Shown here one piece after another: positions 1-9,949 of a DNA stretch of 64,000 nt; the stretch's first letter is position 1, and the number at the start of each line of letters is the position of its first letter. The notes beneath the pieces were generated by a model. It worked only from the letters and a program-made list of their open reading frames with translations, did no database searches and was not told where the DNA came from. Source of the DNA: Chloroflexota bacterium (GTDB lineage: Bacteria; Chloroflexota; Anaerolineae; B4-G1). Both the position numbers and the translations under genes were made by a program. Where the stretch lies: the NCBI GenBank assembly GCA_012514315.1, contig JAAZAN010000111.1, forward strand, positions 1,000 to 64,999. Direction: 5' to 3'.

Positions 1-1781
1 GACCGTCGACCTTTGATGAGGTCGTGGGGCAGGACCACGTTGTTCGGACGCTGCGCAACGCGTTGATCTCTGGCCGGATCCACCACGCATACCTATTTGC
101 CGGTCCCCGCGGAACAGGGAAGACAACAACGGCTCGTCTGCTGGCGAAGGCGGTGAATTGCCTGGCGCCTGAGGATCAGCGGCCGTGTAATCAGTGCGCT
201 ATCTGTCAGGCGGTCAACGAAGGACGCCTTCTTGATTTGATCGAGATCGATGCAGCTTCCAACACGGGGGTTGACGATGTGCGGGAGCTGAGGGAACGGG
301 TCGGCTTTCGCCCGGGCGAGGCGCGCTACAAGGTCTATGTGATTGACGAAGTGCACATGCTGTCGACCTCAGCCTTCAACGCGCTGCTGAAGACGCTGGA
401 GGAGCCCCCGCCCCACGCTATCTTCGTTCTGGCAACGACGGAGTCGCACAAGATCCCTGCGACCGTGCTTTCTCGATGCCAACGGTTCGATTTCCGCCGC
501 ATTCCGGTGGGTGAGATAGTGGCCCGGCTGAGCGCGCTGGCTGGGCGCGAGGGGATTCAGGCCGATGCAGAGGCTCTGCTGCTGATCGCGCGTCAGGCGA
601 CCGGCAGCATGCGGGATGCTGAAAGCCTTCTGGACCAACTCGCTGCCTATAATGGGGGACAGGTCAATGCCGACGGTGTTCGCGCCGCTCTGGGAACGGG
701 GGCGGGTGAGACTGTACTGCAACTGGTCGATGCTTTGGCCGACGGAGATGTGGCGCAGGGGCTCAGTGTGATCAACCAGGCGTTGGATCAGGGTGCGGAC
801 GTGCGTCAGTTCGCGCGTCAGATTGTCGATCACCTGCGCACATTATTGCTGATGCGCCTGGAGTCCGGTGTGGAGATGTTTGGCTTTGCAGAGGACCTTC
901 GACCGAGGGTAGAGGCGCAGGCTGGCCGCTTCCCGGTCGGGCGATTGGCGCGTTTGATCCGATTGTTTAACCAGGCCGCGCTGGAGGCCCGTGGCGGGTG
1001 GCAGCCACAGTTGCCTCTGGAATTGGCGGTCGTCGAGGCCGTTGACCCTGCGGATGCCCCGGGAGGCACATCGACCGCTCCAGCGGCTGCGCCGGGGCGG
1101 GCCCGGTCGGTGGTGCAGAATCCGAGGGAACGACAGGCAGGAACTGCCGCTGGTGAAGCCAGCGGGACGGTATCCGCGACACAAGCGCAGCGGCCAGCCC
1201 TTTCGGATGGACCGGGATCGCGCCGGACAGAGCAACCCGCTATAGCTATTCGCGAAGAGGGAGATGCCTATCGTGCAACGGCATCACGCGTCGGCGCGTC
1301 AACACGTGACGCGTCAGTATCTGGTGTCCCAGGAACTGACAGGTCAGACGGTGACGTCCCGAACTGCCTCCCGTTGACCGTTGAGAGTCTGAAGTCGCAG
1401 TGGGACGATCTCCTCCGGGCATTGCGCGAGCGGAACCTGTCGCTGGAAGCACTGATGCGTTCGTGTGAACCGGTCGGAGTGGATGGGGATGTCATCGTGC
1501 TCGGCTTCGCGTACGGTCTGCATCGCGGTAAGGTGGAGACGAACGAGAACAAGCAGATGGTGGAGGATGCTCTCAGCGATCTGGCCGGGCGGAGGTGTCG
1601 CGCTCAGTGTGTGTTACTGAATGACGTGAACGGCACAGAGCCAGCGACGCGATCGGCGGCGCAATCTGAGGCGCCTGGCGGCGCCGATCTCTCGATCCAG
1701 GAACTGATGGAGCGGGATCCGCTGGTCCGGACGGCCGTCGAGGACCTGGGTGCACGGGTCGTGACATCCCGGCAGCAGTAA
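1..1781 (+). CDS. dnaX: DNA polymerase III subunit gamma/tau (5' end lies outside the window)
   Basis: Frame open from the window edge (PSTFDEVVGQ). Walker A GPRGTGKT, Cys cluster CxxxxxxxxCxxCxxC, EIDAAS, DEVHML and SRC motifs; Ala/Pro-rich linker and tau C-terminal domain; upstream of ybaB-recR. Confidence 0.97.
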   Translation, partial: PSTFDEVVGQDHVVRTLRNALISGRIHHAYLFAGPRGTGKTTTARLLAKAVNCLAPEDQRPCNQCAICQAVNEGRLLDLIEIDAASNTGVDDVRELRERVGFRPGEARYKVYVIDEVHMLSTSAFNALLKTLEEPPPHAIFVLATTESHKIPATVLSRCQRFDFRRIPVGEIVARLSALAGREGIQADAEALLLIARQATGSMRDAESLLDQLAAYNGGQVNADGVRAALGTGAGETVLQLVDALADGDVAQGLSVINQALDQGADVRQFARQIVDHLRTLLLMRLESGVEMFGFAEDLRPRVEAQAGRFPVGRLARLIRLFNQAALEARGGWQPQLPLELAVVEAVDPADAPGGTSTAPAAAPGRARSVVQNPRERQAGTAAGEASGTVSATQAQRPALSDGPGSRRTEQPAIAIREEGDAYRATASRVGASTRDASVSGVPGTDRSDGDVPNCLPLTVESLKSQWDDLLRALRERNLSLEALMRSCEPVGVDGDVIVLGFAYGLHRGKVETNENKQMVEDALSDLAGRRCRAQCVLLNDVNGTEPATRSAAQSEAPGGADLSIQELMERDPLVRTAVEDLGARVVTSRQQ

Positions 1782-1814
1782 ACGTTCACGGTAGCTGATC
1801 TCGTAGGAGGGACT

Positions 1815-2171
1815 ATGTCGAAGGGGAAAAGTCGTAGGATGGGTGGTCTGAAGGGCATGGGCGGCGGCGGGTCTAACATGCTTCAGCAGTTGCAGAGCCT
1901 TCAGGAAGACGTGTTGAAGGCGCAGGATGAGCTCGCCGCGATGAGTGTTACGGCGACGGCAGGCGGCGGAGCGGTTACAGCGGTTATCAGTGGCGAGCGT
2001 CGCGTTGTTTCTGTCACGATCCAGCCCGAAGTAGTCGATCCAGATGATGTGGAGATGTTGCAGGACCTGATCGTCGCGGCCGTAAATGATGGAATGGATC
2101 AGATCGACAAAGCTGCTGCCGAGCGCATGTCGGCGTTCACCGGTGGCCTCAATATCCCCGGACTGGCATAG
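1815..2171 (+). CDS. ybaB: YbaB/EbfC nucleoid-associated protein
   Basis: AGGGAVT and VDPDDVEMLQDLIVAAVND motifs; AGGAGG RBS; dnaX-ybaB-recR synteny. Confidence 0.95.
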   Translation: MSKGKSRRMGGLKGMGGGGSNMLQQLQSLQEDVLKAQDELAAMSVTATAGGGAVTAVISGERRVVSVTIQPEVVDPDDVEMLQDLIVAAVNDGMDQIDKAAAERMSAFTGGLNIPGLA

Positions 2172-2185
2172 ATCGGAGTCGGACG

Positions 2186-2785
2186 ATGGAAGCGACCCCT
2201 GCCTCGGTCACGAAGCTCATTGATGAGCTATCCGAGCTGCCCGGCGTTGGTCGCAAGACGGCGGCGCGGCTGACGTTCTTTCTGCTACGCAACCAGAACG
2301 ACCTGGCTGAACGCCTGGCCACCGCGCTGCATGATCTCAAGGAACGCACACGGTTCTGTTCGGTGTGCTACAATATCACAGAGGATGATCCGTGCCCGAT
2401 CTGCTCGAACCCCGACCGCGACCCCCGTGTTCTGTGTGTCGTTGAGGAACCCCTGGCGGTGATCGCGCTGGAACAGGCCGGGGTTTTTCGTGGCGTCTAC
2501 CATGTCCTGCACGGGGTGTTGTCGCCGTCCCAGGGTATGTTTGTCGAAAACCTGCGTATCGGTGAGCTGGTAACGCGCGTGCGAGGCGGGGATGTGGACG
2601 AGATCATCCTGGCTACGAATCCCACCAGTGAAGGGGATTGGACGGCCTCGTACTTGCTGACACAACTGCATCCGCTGGGAGTCAGGGTGACCCGCCTGGG
2701 GCGCGGCTTGCCGGTGGGTGGCGATCTCGAGTATGCGGATTCGGTCACGCTCACGCGCGCGCTTGAGGGACGCGAGACGATATGA
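2186..2785 (+). CDS. recR: Recombination mediator RecR
   Basis: HhH LPGVGRKTAARL, C4 zinc finger CSVC..CPIC, TOPRIM region, GLPVGGDLEYAD. Confidence 0.97.
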   Translation: MEATPASVTKLIDELSELPGVGRKTAARLTFFLLRNQNDLAERLATALHDLKERTRFCSVCYNITEDDPCPICSNPDRDPRVLCVVEEPLAVIALEQAGVFRGVYHVLHGVLSPSQGMFVENLRIGELVTRVRGGDVDEIILATNPTSEGDWTASYLLTQLHPLGVRVTRLGRGLPVGGDLEYADSVTLTRALEGRETI

Positions 2786-2835
2786 CATAGCCAGCGCAGA
2801 GATGGCGCCCCGCAGCGCTGGCACCTCTTAGGCAC

Positions 2836-5214
2836 ATGACGCTCGTATACCTGGTCGTTGCCTGGCTTGCCGGTATTGTCTGCTGGTCATGGCTGGATCT
2901 TCCCTGGCCTATACTCCCCGTGTTGGGGCTGGCCGCGCTGACCGGCCGAGTCGCTGGGCGGAATAATGTGTCACTGCGGATCGGTAGCGCCTGTGTGTTC
3001 GCTTTCGTCCTTGGGGCAGGGCGCTTGCTGTTGGACTCCCCGCATGTGGATCAGGGCCGCATAGCGCTCTACAATGACACCGGCTGGGTGACAGTGGACG
3101 GGGTGGTGATTGAGGATCCCGACGAGCGTGACACGACGACCCATCTCGTTCTGCGTGTCGAACGCATGACGCTCGCGGATGGCGTCTGGCAAGACGCGAG
3201 TGGTCGGGTGCTGGTAATCGCATCGCGTTATCCTGCGTTCGAATATGGCGACCGCCTGCGCGTCCACGGGCAGCCGCGAACACCGCCGGTGTTGGACGAC
3301 TTCTCTTATCGGGACTACCTGGCACGTCGGCATATCTACACGCTGATCCGTCGGCCCCGGATTACACGTCTGGCCGGGAACCAGGCATCCTCTCTGCTGC
3401 ACCTTCTATATCGTTTTCGTCACCACGCCAGGGCCGTCGTCGCTGGCATTCTGCCCGAGCCGCAGGCGGCTCTCTTGAGCGGTATCTTGCTGGGCATCGA
3501 GTCGGGTATTCCAGCCGATCTGATGGACGCGTTCTCGGCGACCGGGGCGACGCATATCATCGCGATCTCGGGATTCAACCTCACGCTTCTCTCCGGCGTG
3601 ATCTCCGGCGTGGCGCGGCGATTGGTGGGCCGGCGGCGCTCATTCTGGCTGGCCGTCGCCGTGTTGGGCATCTACACGGTATTCGTCGGCGGATCATCTG
3701 CTGTGGTACGCGCGGCCTGGATGGGCGTGATGGTGCTCCTGGCGCGCCATATCGGCCGTCCAGCGTACGCGCCGACAGCGATCGCGGCGGCCGCACTGGT
3801 GATGACTGCCACGAATCCGAACTGCCTTTGGGACGTGGGTTTCCAGCTGAGCTTCGCTGCAACCGCGGGTCTCTTGCTTTACGCGCGCCCGTTGGAGCGA
3901 TGGGCCGCTAGATGGCTGGAGCGTGTGCTCTCTGAGGAGGTCGCACAACGGATGGTGGATCTGGTCAGTGACGGAGTGTTGGTGACACTCGCGGCGCTCG
4001 TCACGACGATGCCCGTCATCCTCTATCACTTCGGACAACTGTCGCTGGTGACGCTGCTGACCAACGTGTTGATTCTGCCAGTGCAGCCGGCGGTGCTCAT
4101 GTGGGGAGGGTGCGCCACGCTGTTGGCATTGGTGGTGCGTCCGCTGGGCCAGGCGATGGCCTGGATCGCCTGGGTGTTCCTAACCTACACGATCGAGGCC
4201 GTGCGGCTGACCGCGCGGGTTCCGTACGCGGCAGTGCCGGTCCGGATCGGCCCCACTCCGCTCGTCATATACTATGCCGGTCTGCTCGCAGTGACGTGGT
4301 GGTGGTCACGATCGGCGGAGCGGCGTAAAGAGATCATCGCGGTGTGGCGACCGCGGCTGGCGGCTCGAGTAAGCGCCGGGGTAACGGTTGGGGCTGGCCT
4401 GGTCCTGTTGGTGCTGGGACTCGGCGCCTGGCGGACGCTGCCCGATGGACGGCTCCACGTAGTGTTCCTCGACGTAGGGCAGGGCGACGCGATCTTCATC
4501 CAGACGCCGTCTGGGCGGCAAGTGCTGATCGACGGTGGGCCGGGTGAAGCGGCGCTGTTGAGTCAGTTGGGACGCCGCATGCCGTTCTGGGATCGGACGC
4601 TGGATCTGGTGCTGCTGACCCATTCGGACGCCGACCACGTGACTGGGCTGGTCCCAGTGCTGCAGCGGTTCGACATCTCCGTGTTGATCTTCCAGCAGGA
4701 GGAAGTGCGTTCGGCGGTCTACGCCGCGTGGCTGGAAGCGGCGACGGTCGAAGGGGCGGTGATCCACACTGGCGAGGCGGGGTTGCACGTTGCGCTGGAC
4801 GAGGGAGTGGAACTGACGGTGTTGCATCCATCGTCTACGGAGGCGAGTCCCAACGATAGTTCAGTCGTAACGCGGTTGACGTACGGAGATGTCTCGGTGC
4901 TGTTAACAGGCGATATTGGAGCAACGGTCGAACGGTCGCTGGTGGCACAGGGTGTGACGCTGGACAGCACGGTGTTGAAGGTAGCGCATCATGGAAGCTG
5001 TACCTCGACGACACCGGAGTTTCTGGACGCGGTGACGCCGGATGTCGCAGTGATCAGCGTCGGGGCCGACAACGATCTGGGATTGCCATGCGAGGATGTG
5101 TTGATGCGGCTGGGGCCAGTCTATCGCACCGATGTGCACGGATCGGTGGAGCTGATTACGGATGGGAGCCGGGTCTGGGTGCAGACGGAGCAGGAGATGG
5201 GACCGGTGGAGTAG
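2836..5214 (+). CDS. comEC: ComEC/Rec2 DNA-uptake competence protein
   Basis: N-terminal OB-like domain, competence domain HIIAISGFN and GFQLSF, metallo-beta-lactamase domain LDVGQGDA, THSDADH, HHGS. Confidence 0.95.
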   Translation: MTLVYLVVAWLAGIVCWSWLDLPWPILPVLGLAALTGRVAGRNNVSLRIGSACVFAFVLGAGRLLLDSPHVDQGRIALYNDTGWVTVDGVVIEDPDERDTTTHLVLRVERMTLADGVWQDASGRVLVIASRYPAFEYGDRLRVHGQPRTPPVLDDFSYRDYLARRHIYTLIRRPRITRLAGNQASSLLHLLYRFRHHARAVVAGILPEPQAALLSGILLGIESGIPADLMDAFSATGATHIIAISGFNLTLLSGVISGVARRLVGRRRSFWLAVAVLGIYTVFVGGSSAVVRAAWMGVMVLLARHIGRPAYAPTAIAAAALVMTATNPNCLWDVGFQLSFAATAGLLLYARPLERWAARWLERVLSEEVAQRMVDLVSDGVLVTLAALVTTMPVILYHFGQLSLVTLLTNVLILPVQPAVLMWGGCATLLALVVRPLGQAMAWIAWVFLTYTIEAVRLTARVPYAAVPVRIGPTPLVIYYAGLLAVTWWWSRSAERRKEIIAVWRPRLAARVSAGVTVGAGLVLLVLGLGAWRTLPDGRLHVVFLDVGQGDAIFIQTPSGRQVLIDGGPGEAALLSQLGRRMPFWDRTLDLVLLTHSDADHVTGLVPVLQRFDISVLIFQQEEVRSAVYAAWLEAATVEGAVIHTGEAGLHVALDEGVELTVLHPSSTEASPNDSSVVTRLTYGDVSVLLTGDIGATVERSLVAQGVTLDSTVLKVAHHGSCTSTTPEFLDAVTPDVAVISVGADNDLGLPCEDVLMRLGPVYRTDVHGSVELITDGSRVWVQTEQEMGPVE

Positions 5215-5755
5215 CCCGACTTGGGGCTAGAACTGCCCAGAGGAGCGAATCGTATCACGGTACCACCGAAGAAAGGCGGTCCCTCACACCAAGACACGAT
5301 GGCACGCAGAGAGAGTTCATCAACGCTCGGCGCAAGCGCAGCCCCGAGGTTCCTCAGTATGCAGCGCGATACACGTTTTGGCAGATGGATCAACCGTTGG
5401 TACGTGTACCCGAACAGCTCACCAGTTTCATGTCAGAGATGGACGCGGCGTGTCGAAGGAGAACGTGGAGCGATAGCAGATCTCGTGCCCGCGTGCGCTG
5501 GAGGTGACAGCCTGGCTCGCCGACAGCGGACCCACCGAGTCAGTTACGGGGTTCGCGACCACGCCGGATTGCGCTGCTGTCAGCCAGGCACAATCTGTCG
5601 CCAACCCACCGGCGCCTATGCATGCGGCGGCGTGGTATAGCACCCACGACTGATGCGGCAAGATCCTTCTGTCTTCAGGAGCAAAGCTGTGACGAAGGAC
5701 CGCACTGGTGGCGCCCCTGTGTGTGTTGGTGATGCGCGGCGCCAAGGGTGTAGCG

Positions 5756-6169
5756 ATGCCGGAAATCACCACTTTTCTGATGTTCGATGGCGAGGCTGAG
5801 GAGGGTATGCGTTTCTACATCTCCCTGTGCGAGCAATCGGAGACGCTGAGCATCAGCAAGCGTGGGCCGGACCAGGACGGTGTTGAGGGGACTGTCCGAC
5901 ACGCGACACTAACTCTGTCCCGGCAGGAGTTCAGGGCCATCGACAGCGCCGTTAAGCACGGCTTCACGTTTGCACCCGTCGTCTCTCTGTACGTGAGATA
6001 CGATACGGAGGAGGAAATCGACAGGCTGTTCGGGAGGCTGTCGCAAGGAGGAGACGTGCTCACGCCATTGGCGGCCTATCCATTTGAGGAGAAGTTCAGC
6101 TGGGTTGCAGATCGATATAGCGTCTCGTGGCAGCTCAGTCTTGCCTGGCCGATTAGCCCACGGAGCTGA
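5756..6169 (+). CDS. VOC/PhnB-like (3-demethylubiquinone-9 3-methyltransferase domain) protein, possibly decaying
   Basis: ITTFLMFDGEAEEGMRFY ... FTFAPVVSLYV ... WVADRYSVSWQL; ATG at 5756 preferred as start. Confidence 0.85.
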   Translation: MPEITTFLMFDGEAEEGMRFYISLCEQSETLSISKRGPDQDGVEGTVRHATLTLSRQEFRAIDSAVKHGFTFAPVVSLYVRYDTEEEIDRLFGRLSQGGDVLTPLAAYPFEEKFSWVADRYSVSWQLSLAWPISPRS

Positions 6170-6259
6170 GGGGGCGAGGCAGCCAAGACGCGGCGCCCGG
6201 TGGCGCCAGCACCGGTCTGGCATCTGTAACCAGGAGCCGGCTAGACAGAGGGGGTGAAT

Positions 6260-6365
6260 ATGCAGGCAGTGACTTCGCAGGACGGAACCTCCATTGCGTT
6301 CGGTCGGCTGGGTGATGGGCCGCCGGTCATCCTCGTGTGTGGCGGATCGACGGACCGGTCGCCGA
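6260..6365 (+). pseudogene. N-terminal fragment of an alpha/beta hydrolase
   Basis: MQAVTSQDGTSIAFGRLGDGPPVILVCGG is a typical a/b-hydrolase start with an RBS; similarity ends after about 35 codons. Confidence 0.7.
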
Positions 6366-6511
6366 GAGCCTGGGCTGCGTCGCGGAGGTCCCCCCCCGGA
6401 CTCACGAGGCGTCCGACGAGGGCGTGCTCCTGGTTGACGATCAGAGCCGCGCCGCTGCGGATGCTCTCCAGGCGGCGAAGGCGGCTGGAGAGCATCGTAC
6501 AGGCGTTGTGA

Positions 6512-7418
6512 GACGCCGGCCGCCGTTTCTATATCTGTAGCGTGACGAATAGCCTGACTGCTGCTGCGGTCCTTCAACTGGTGGAGCAAGGAGTATGTCA
6601 TGCTCGACGCGCCTATCCAGACCTATCTCCCTCAGATACCTCTGGATATTGCTGTCACCGTTCGGCGCCTTCTCAATCACACCGGTGGCATTCCTGACTA
6701 TGGTGGGTTGCCAGCATATTATGAGGCATTGAAGGCGGATCCGACCCGCCCGTGGACACCGGATGAATTTCTCACCGCCACGTTGACGGAAGGATTGGTG
6801 TTCATCCCTGGAGAGGATTGGCGATATTCGAACATCGGTTTCCTCCTACTTCGTCAGGTGATCGAAACGGTCCGGCGGACCTCGCTCCGCACGGCGCTGC
6901 AAGAACGCATCTTCGCACCACTCGGTCTTCGGCGCACTTTCGTTGCACAGACGCTCGATGATGCACGGCAGTTGACTCCGGGCTACAGTGCGTTCTTCGC
7001 GCCAGACGACTCATTGCAGGATATTCAGTCATTGTATCATCCGGGGTGGGTGTCCCACGGCGTTGTGATCTCCACGGCATCGGATCTGGCCTTGGTCATC
7101 GATGCGCTCTTTACGGGCCGGTTGATTACCTCACAGAGCCGCGATGCCATGTTTGAAGCAGTCGACGTGGCAGTGGACGCCCCGTTTTTCCGGCATCCGT
7201 CCTATGGTCTGGGAGTGATGATTGATCACGAGTCGCGCTATGGCGTCATGGCCGGGCATGGGGGTGGAGGTCCGGGGTACTCAGCAGGGGCGCTCGATCT
7301 ACCGGACGTTCACGGAAGGTGGGTTACCAGCGTCGCGTTGGCCAATCGCGACGGGAACGATCTTGGGTTGGAGATGGCGTTCACGATGGGGATGATCGTA
7401 GGCGATATGTTGGGTTGA
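6512..7418 (+). pseudogene. Serine hydrolase (beta-lactamase/PBP-like family), frameshifted, 5' end lost
   Basis: RFYICSVTNSLTAAAVLQLVEQG (SxxK read as SVTN) in one frame shifts near 6595 into LDAPI...LLNHTGGI...YSN...GHGG in the next frame. Confidence 0.8.
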
Positions 7419-7520
7419 CTGCTGTTGCGGCGCCAACGCGTGTAGCGGCCTAATGTGATGTTGGGTCAATACGATACATCTCCTAGATGGGGGGTGAGGC
7501 GGATTCCTGGGCGACAGACG

Positions 7521-7552
7521 CACAAAGAGACCGCTCCAATAAGGAGTGGTCT
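7521..7552. terminator. Possible intrinsic terminator hairpin
   Basis: agaccgctcc-aataa-ggagtggtct, a 10-bp stem with one imperfect pair; ctttgtg follows on the minus strand. Confidence 0.4.
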
Positions 7553-7622
7553 GACGTTACGGTGTTGTCCTGCAGGGACGCACTATTCTAGTCTTCAGAA
7601 GCGCCGGGTGATGACGTTCAGG

Positions 7623-8361
7623 CTATTCCCCGGCGCCACAGTGCCGCTCGAAGACGGCCAGCAGTGCCTCGATCTCCTCTTCGGCAAGATCCGCGGGTGT
7701 CCGTGCCAGCGCCCGTTGACCTTGAACGTCTTTTCCCTGGAACTGCTTCACCTCAACAGCCAGCAGCTCCACGTTGGTCATTTCCGCGTTGAGGAACTCC
7801 ACCAGGCGGCGATGCTCCTTCGGCGTGCGATCGGCCACGAACACGAGGCGCACGCGGTGGTCACGAAGGTTCCTGTCGACGCGTTCTCAGGACGCTTCGA
7901 TGGCGTCAGGCTCGGTGGTATCCAGAAGGTCCGCGATCTCGTCGTTGAGAGAGCCCGAGTCGTTCAGCTCGTTCGGCGGCTGCCTGACGGAGGCGGTCCA
8001 GGGCCCAGTACTCGCTGCCGTTCGCGGCATAATCCAGCATCCGGGCGATGACTTCTCGACGGGCGCGGGTGTCGCTGGCCCGTTTGCATTCCACGAAGGT
8101 GGGTATGCCATCCTGGTCCAGGAAGAGATGGTCAAGGCTCCAACGGGTTCCCCCTGCCACGTCCCCTGGAACGCCCAGCTCGCGCGCGACCAGGAGCCAC
8201 CGTCTGGGGTTCTCCGGATCGATCTGGTCGCCGGGCAGCAGGTGGGGGTACTGGGCCAGGTAGTTCTGAGTTACGCTCTCGCGCACGTACTTGGTCTCCT
8301 CCAGTTCGACCAGGGCGTCCCCGCTCTTGCCAACCAGGTAGATCTTGGGTCTGTGGGCCAT
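7623..8361 (-). pseudogene. PD-(D/E)XK (NucS-like) endonuclease pseudogene
   Basis: GGAGG RBS and ATG at 8361; SLDHLFLDQDGIPTFVECK (D..ExK) motif; frameshift in a (CT)n run near 7950; in-frame TGA at 7887-7889; continues RLVFVAD...LVEFLN...LLAVEVKQF; C-terminus truncated. Confidence 0.8.
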
Positions 8362-8480
8362 ATCGGCCTCCAGTGGACCACCCTCCGAAGCAGAGGACAT
8401 CGAGTGCGTGACGAACCTCCCCACATCAGCACGCCCGTTCAGCTGGACATGCCGACGCGGGGAGGCTCTGCTGCTCGCAA

Positions 8481-9794
8481 CTACTTGATATACCCCAGGT
8501 ACTCCTTCTGCAAATCCAAAATCACATCCAGCGTCTGCTCCGCCGCCCGGACGCTCCACACGATCGGATCGACCAGTAGCGCCTGCAGCACGATCTCCTT
8601 GGACCCGGTCAGCACGGCCTCGGCCGTCAGGTCGTGGATCGCGACCTGGTTCTGCAGCAGGCCGCCGACGCCTTTGGGGTAGTTCTCCAGCTGGACGCCG
8701 TGCACACCGTTCGCATCGATCACCGCAGGCGCCTCGACGACGATCCAGTCGGGTAAGCAGTCGATCAGGCCCATGTTCGGGACGTTCACGGCCATCTCCG
8801 GCATATGCGCGTCGGAAACGATGGCCTCGATGATGGGGATGACTCGCTCGATCATATCGGGTCCATCGCTGATGACCGCCTGCTTCTCCGCGCAGTACCG
8901 TTTGTACCAGGAGTAGAAGTCGAGAATGCCCCGGTGATCGACGACTTCGTAAGCCCACGGTACGTACTCACCGAAGTGGCTGTCGGTCGTAATCGGCAGG
9001 TAGCCAAAACGCTCGAGGATCTCTCGGAAAAGCCCGCGTTCGAGCCATGTCCGCTGCGACTCCGCATCGGAAGGCTCCTGCGGCCTATAGTGGTCGGGAA
9101 GACTCTCGAAGTAGGCCGGTCCCTTCGCGCGGACATCCGGGTAGGCATCTTTTCCGGTGCCTTTGTAGGAGACCTCCAGGAGGATGCTGAAGTGGTTCAG
9201 CCCGCCCGCTGTGACCGAGAGGTTTTCGAACGGGGTGTCGAGAATCCTCGGCAAGTGGTGGGGCAAGGACCCAATCTCGTGGCACAAGCCAGTGAACTTC
9301 AGGTCAGGATACTTGCGGTGCACGGTTGTGCAGATACGGCTCATCGGGTTGCTGAAGTTGAATACGTGGGCATCGGGGCAGATTCGGCTCACGTCCTCGC
9401 AGATAGCGAGGATGGGCGGGATGATGCGCAGCGAGTGGAAGAGGCCCCCTGGCCCGCCGTTCTCGCCGTACACCTGGCGGATGCCGTGCTGCAGCGGCAC
9501 GTGCCAATCCTGCTCCCACAGCTTGAACCGGTCGCCCACTTCGATCGAGCTGATGCAGAATCTGGCCCCCTCGAGCGCCTCTTGGCGGGATGTGGTGGCA
9601 CACAACGTGAAGGGTAGATCGTGCTCCTCAATGTACTGTCGACCTGCGTTCTCGACCCGCGCCAGGGCCTGCGCGTTGATGTCGTGAAGGACGATGGTGC
9701 TGCCCTTCAACACGTCGCTCTTACAGATATCGCCAATGGTGCCCAGGCCGAACTGAGCGCTTCCCGCGCCGATCAATACGATGCGATTGGTCAT
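8481..9794 (-). CDS. Glycoside hydrolase family 4 (NAD+/Mn2+-dependent alpha-galactosidase/alpha-glucosidase)
   Basis: IVLIGAGS, GENGGPGG, NFSNP, GLCH and GLNH motifs; GAGGAGG RBS. Confidence 0.93.
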   Translation of the reverse strand: MTNRIVLIGAGSAQFGLGTIGDICKSDVLKGSTIVLHDINAQALARVENAGRQYIEEHDLPFTLCATTSRQEALEGARFCISSIEVGDRFKLWEQDWHVPLQHGIRQVYGENGGPGGLFHSLRIIPPILAICEDVSRICPDAHVFNFSNPMSRICTTVHRKYPDLKFTGLCHEIGSLPHHLPRILDTPFENLSVTAGGLNHFSILLEVSYKGTGKDAYPDVRAKGPAYFESLPDHYRPQEPSDAESQRTWLERGLFREILERFGYLPITTDSHFGEYVPWAYEVVDHRGILDFYSWYKRYCAEKQAVISDGPDMIERVIPIIEAIVSDAHMPEMAVNVPNMGLIDCLPDWIVVEAPAVIDANGVHGVQLENYPKGVGGLLQNQVAIHDLTAEAVLTGSKEIVLQALLVDPIVWSVRAAEQTLDVILDLQKEYLGYIK

Positions 9795-9868
9795 TGTGTT
9801 GCCTCCTCTAAGTTGTCGCTGCTCACACCCGGCGTGCTTTCACTTCCCGCCGATGCTCTGGCTGAACT

Positions 9869-9897
9869 ATTCTAGCACGCGGGGCAGGAATGACCAA
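9869..9897 (-). promoter_or_regulatory. Sigma70-type promoter for the GH4 gene
   Basis: TTGGTC-N17-TAGAAT with extended -10 TG. Confidence 0.55.
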
Positions 9898-9911
9898 GTC
9901 GCCCGTTCAGG

Positions 9912-9940
9912 TTGTCCGAATCGACTGCCTGGATTACAAT
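9912..9940 (+). promoter_or_regulatory. Sigma70-type promoter for the first GT-C operon
   Basis: TTGTCC-N17-TACAAT, 9 nt upstream of an in-frame ATG at 9950. Confidence 0.6.
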
Positions 9941-9949
9941 GCCACCGGT

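Noticed and set aside
1-1781. Programmed -1 frameshift producing the gamma subunit of dnaX
   Set aside because: No A AAA AAG or long A-run slippery site seen in the visible part of the gene.
2790-2822. 8-bp inverted repeat between recR and comEC as a terminator
   Set aside because: 17-nt loop and no U tract; not distinguishable from chance.
6340-6500. Fragment resembling a receiver domain (VLLVDDQ, +) or an HtpG-like segment (LIVNQEHALV, -)
   Set aside because: Matches are too short and mutually exclusive to call without a search.
7413-7470. Integron attC site between relic genes (gccaac...gttgggt)
   Set aside because: Too short, poor RYYYAAC match, no extended pairing, no integrase or second site.
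6509-7889. In-frame TGA codons (6509 on +, 7887 on -) as selenocysteine or recoded Trp
   Set aside because: TGA is the normal stop of many intact genes here, and both cases co-occur with frameshifts, so decay is the simpler explanation.
7906-8958. 350-aa minus-strand ORF as a real gene
   Set aside because: Its first 199 codons are mostly an alternative frame over the GH4 3' end; the real coding part starts at ATG 8361 and is a frameshifted pseudogene.
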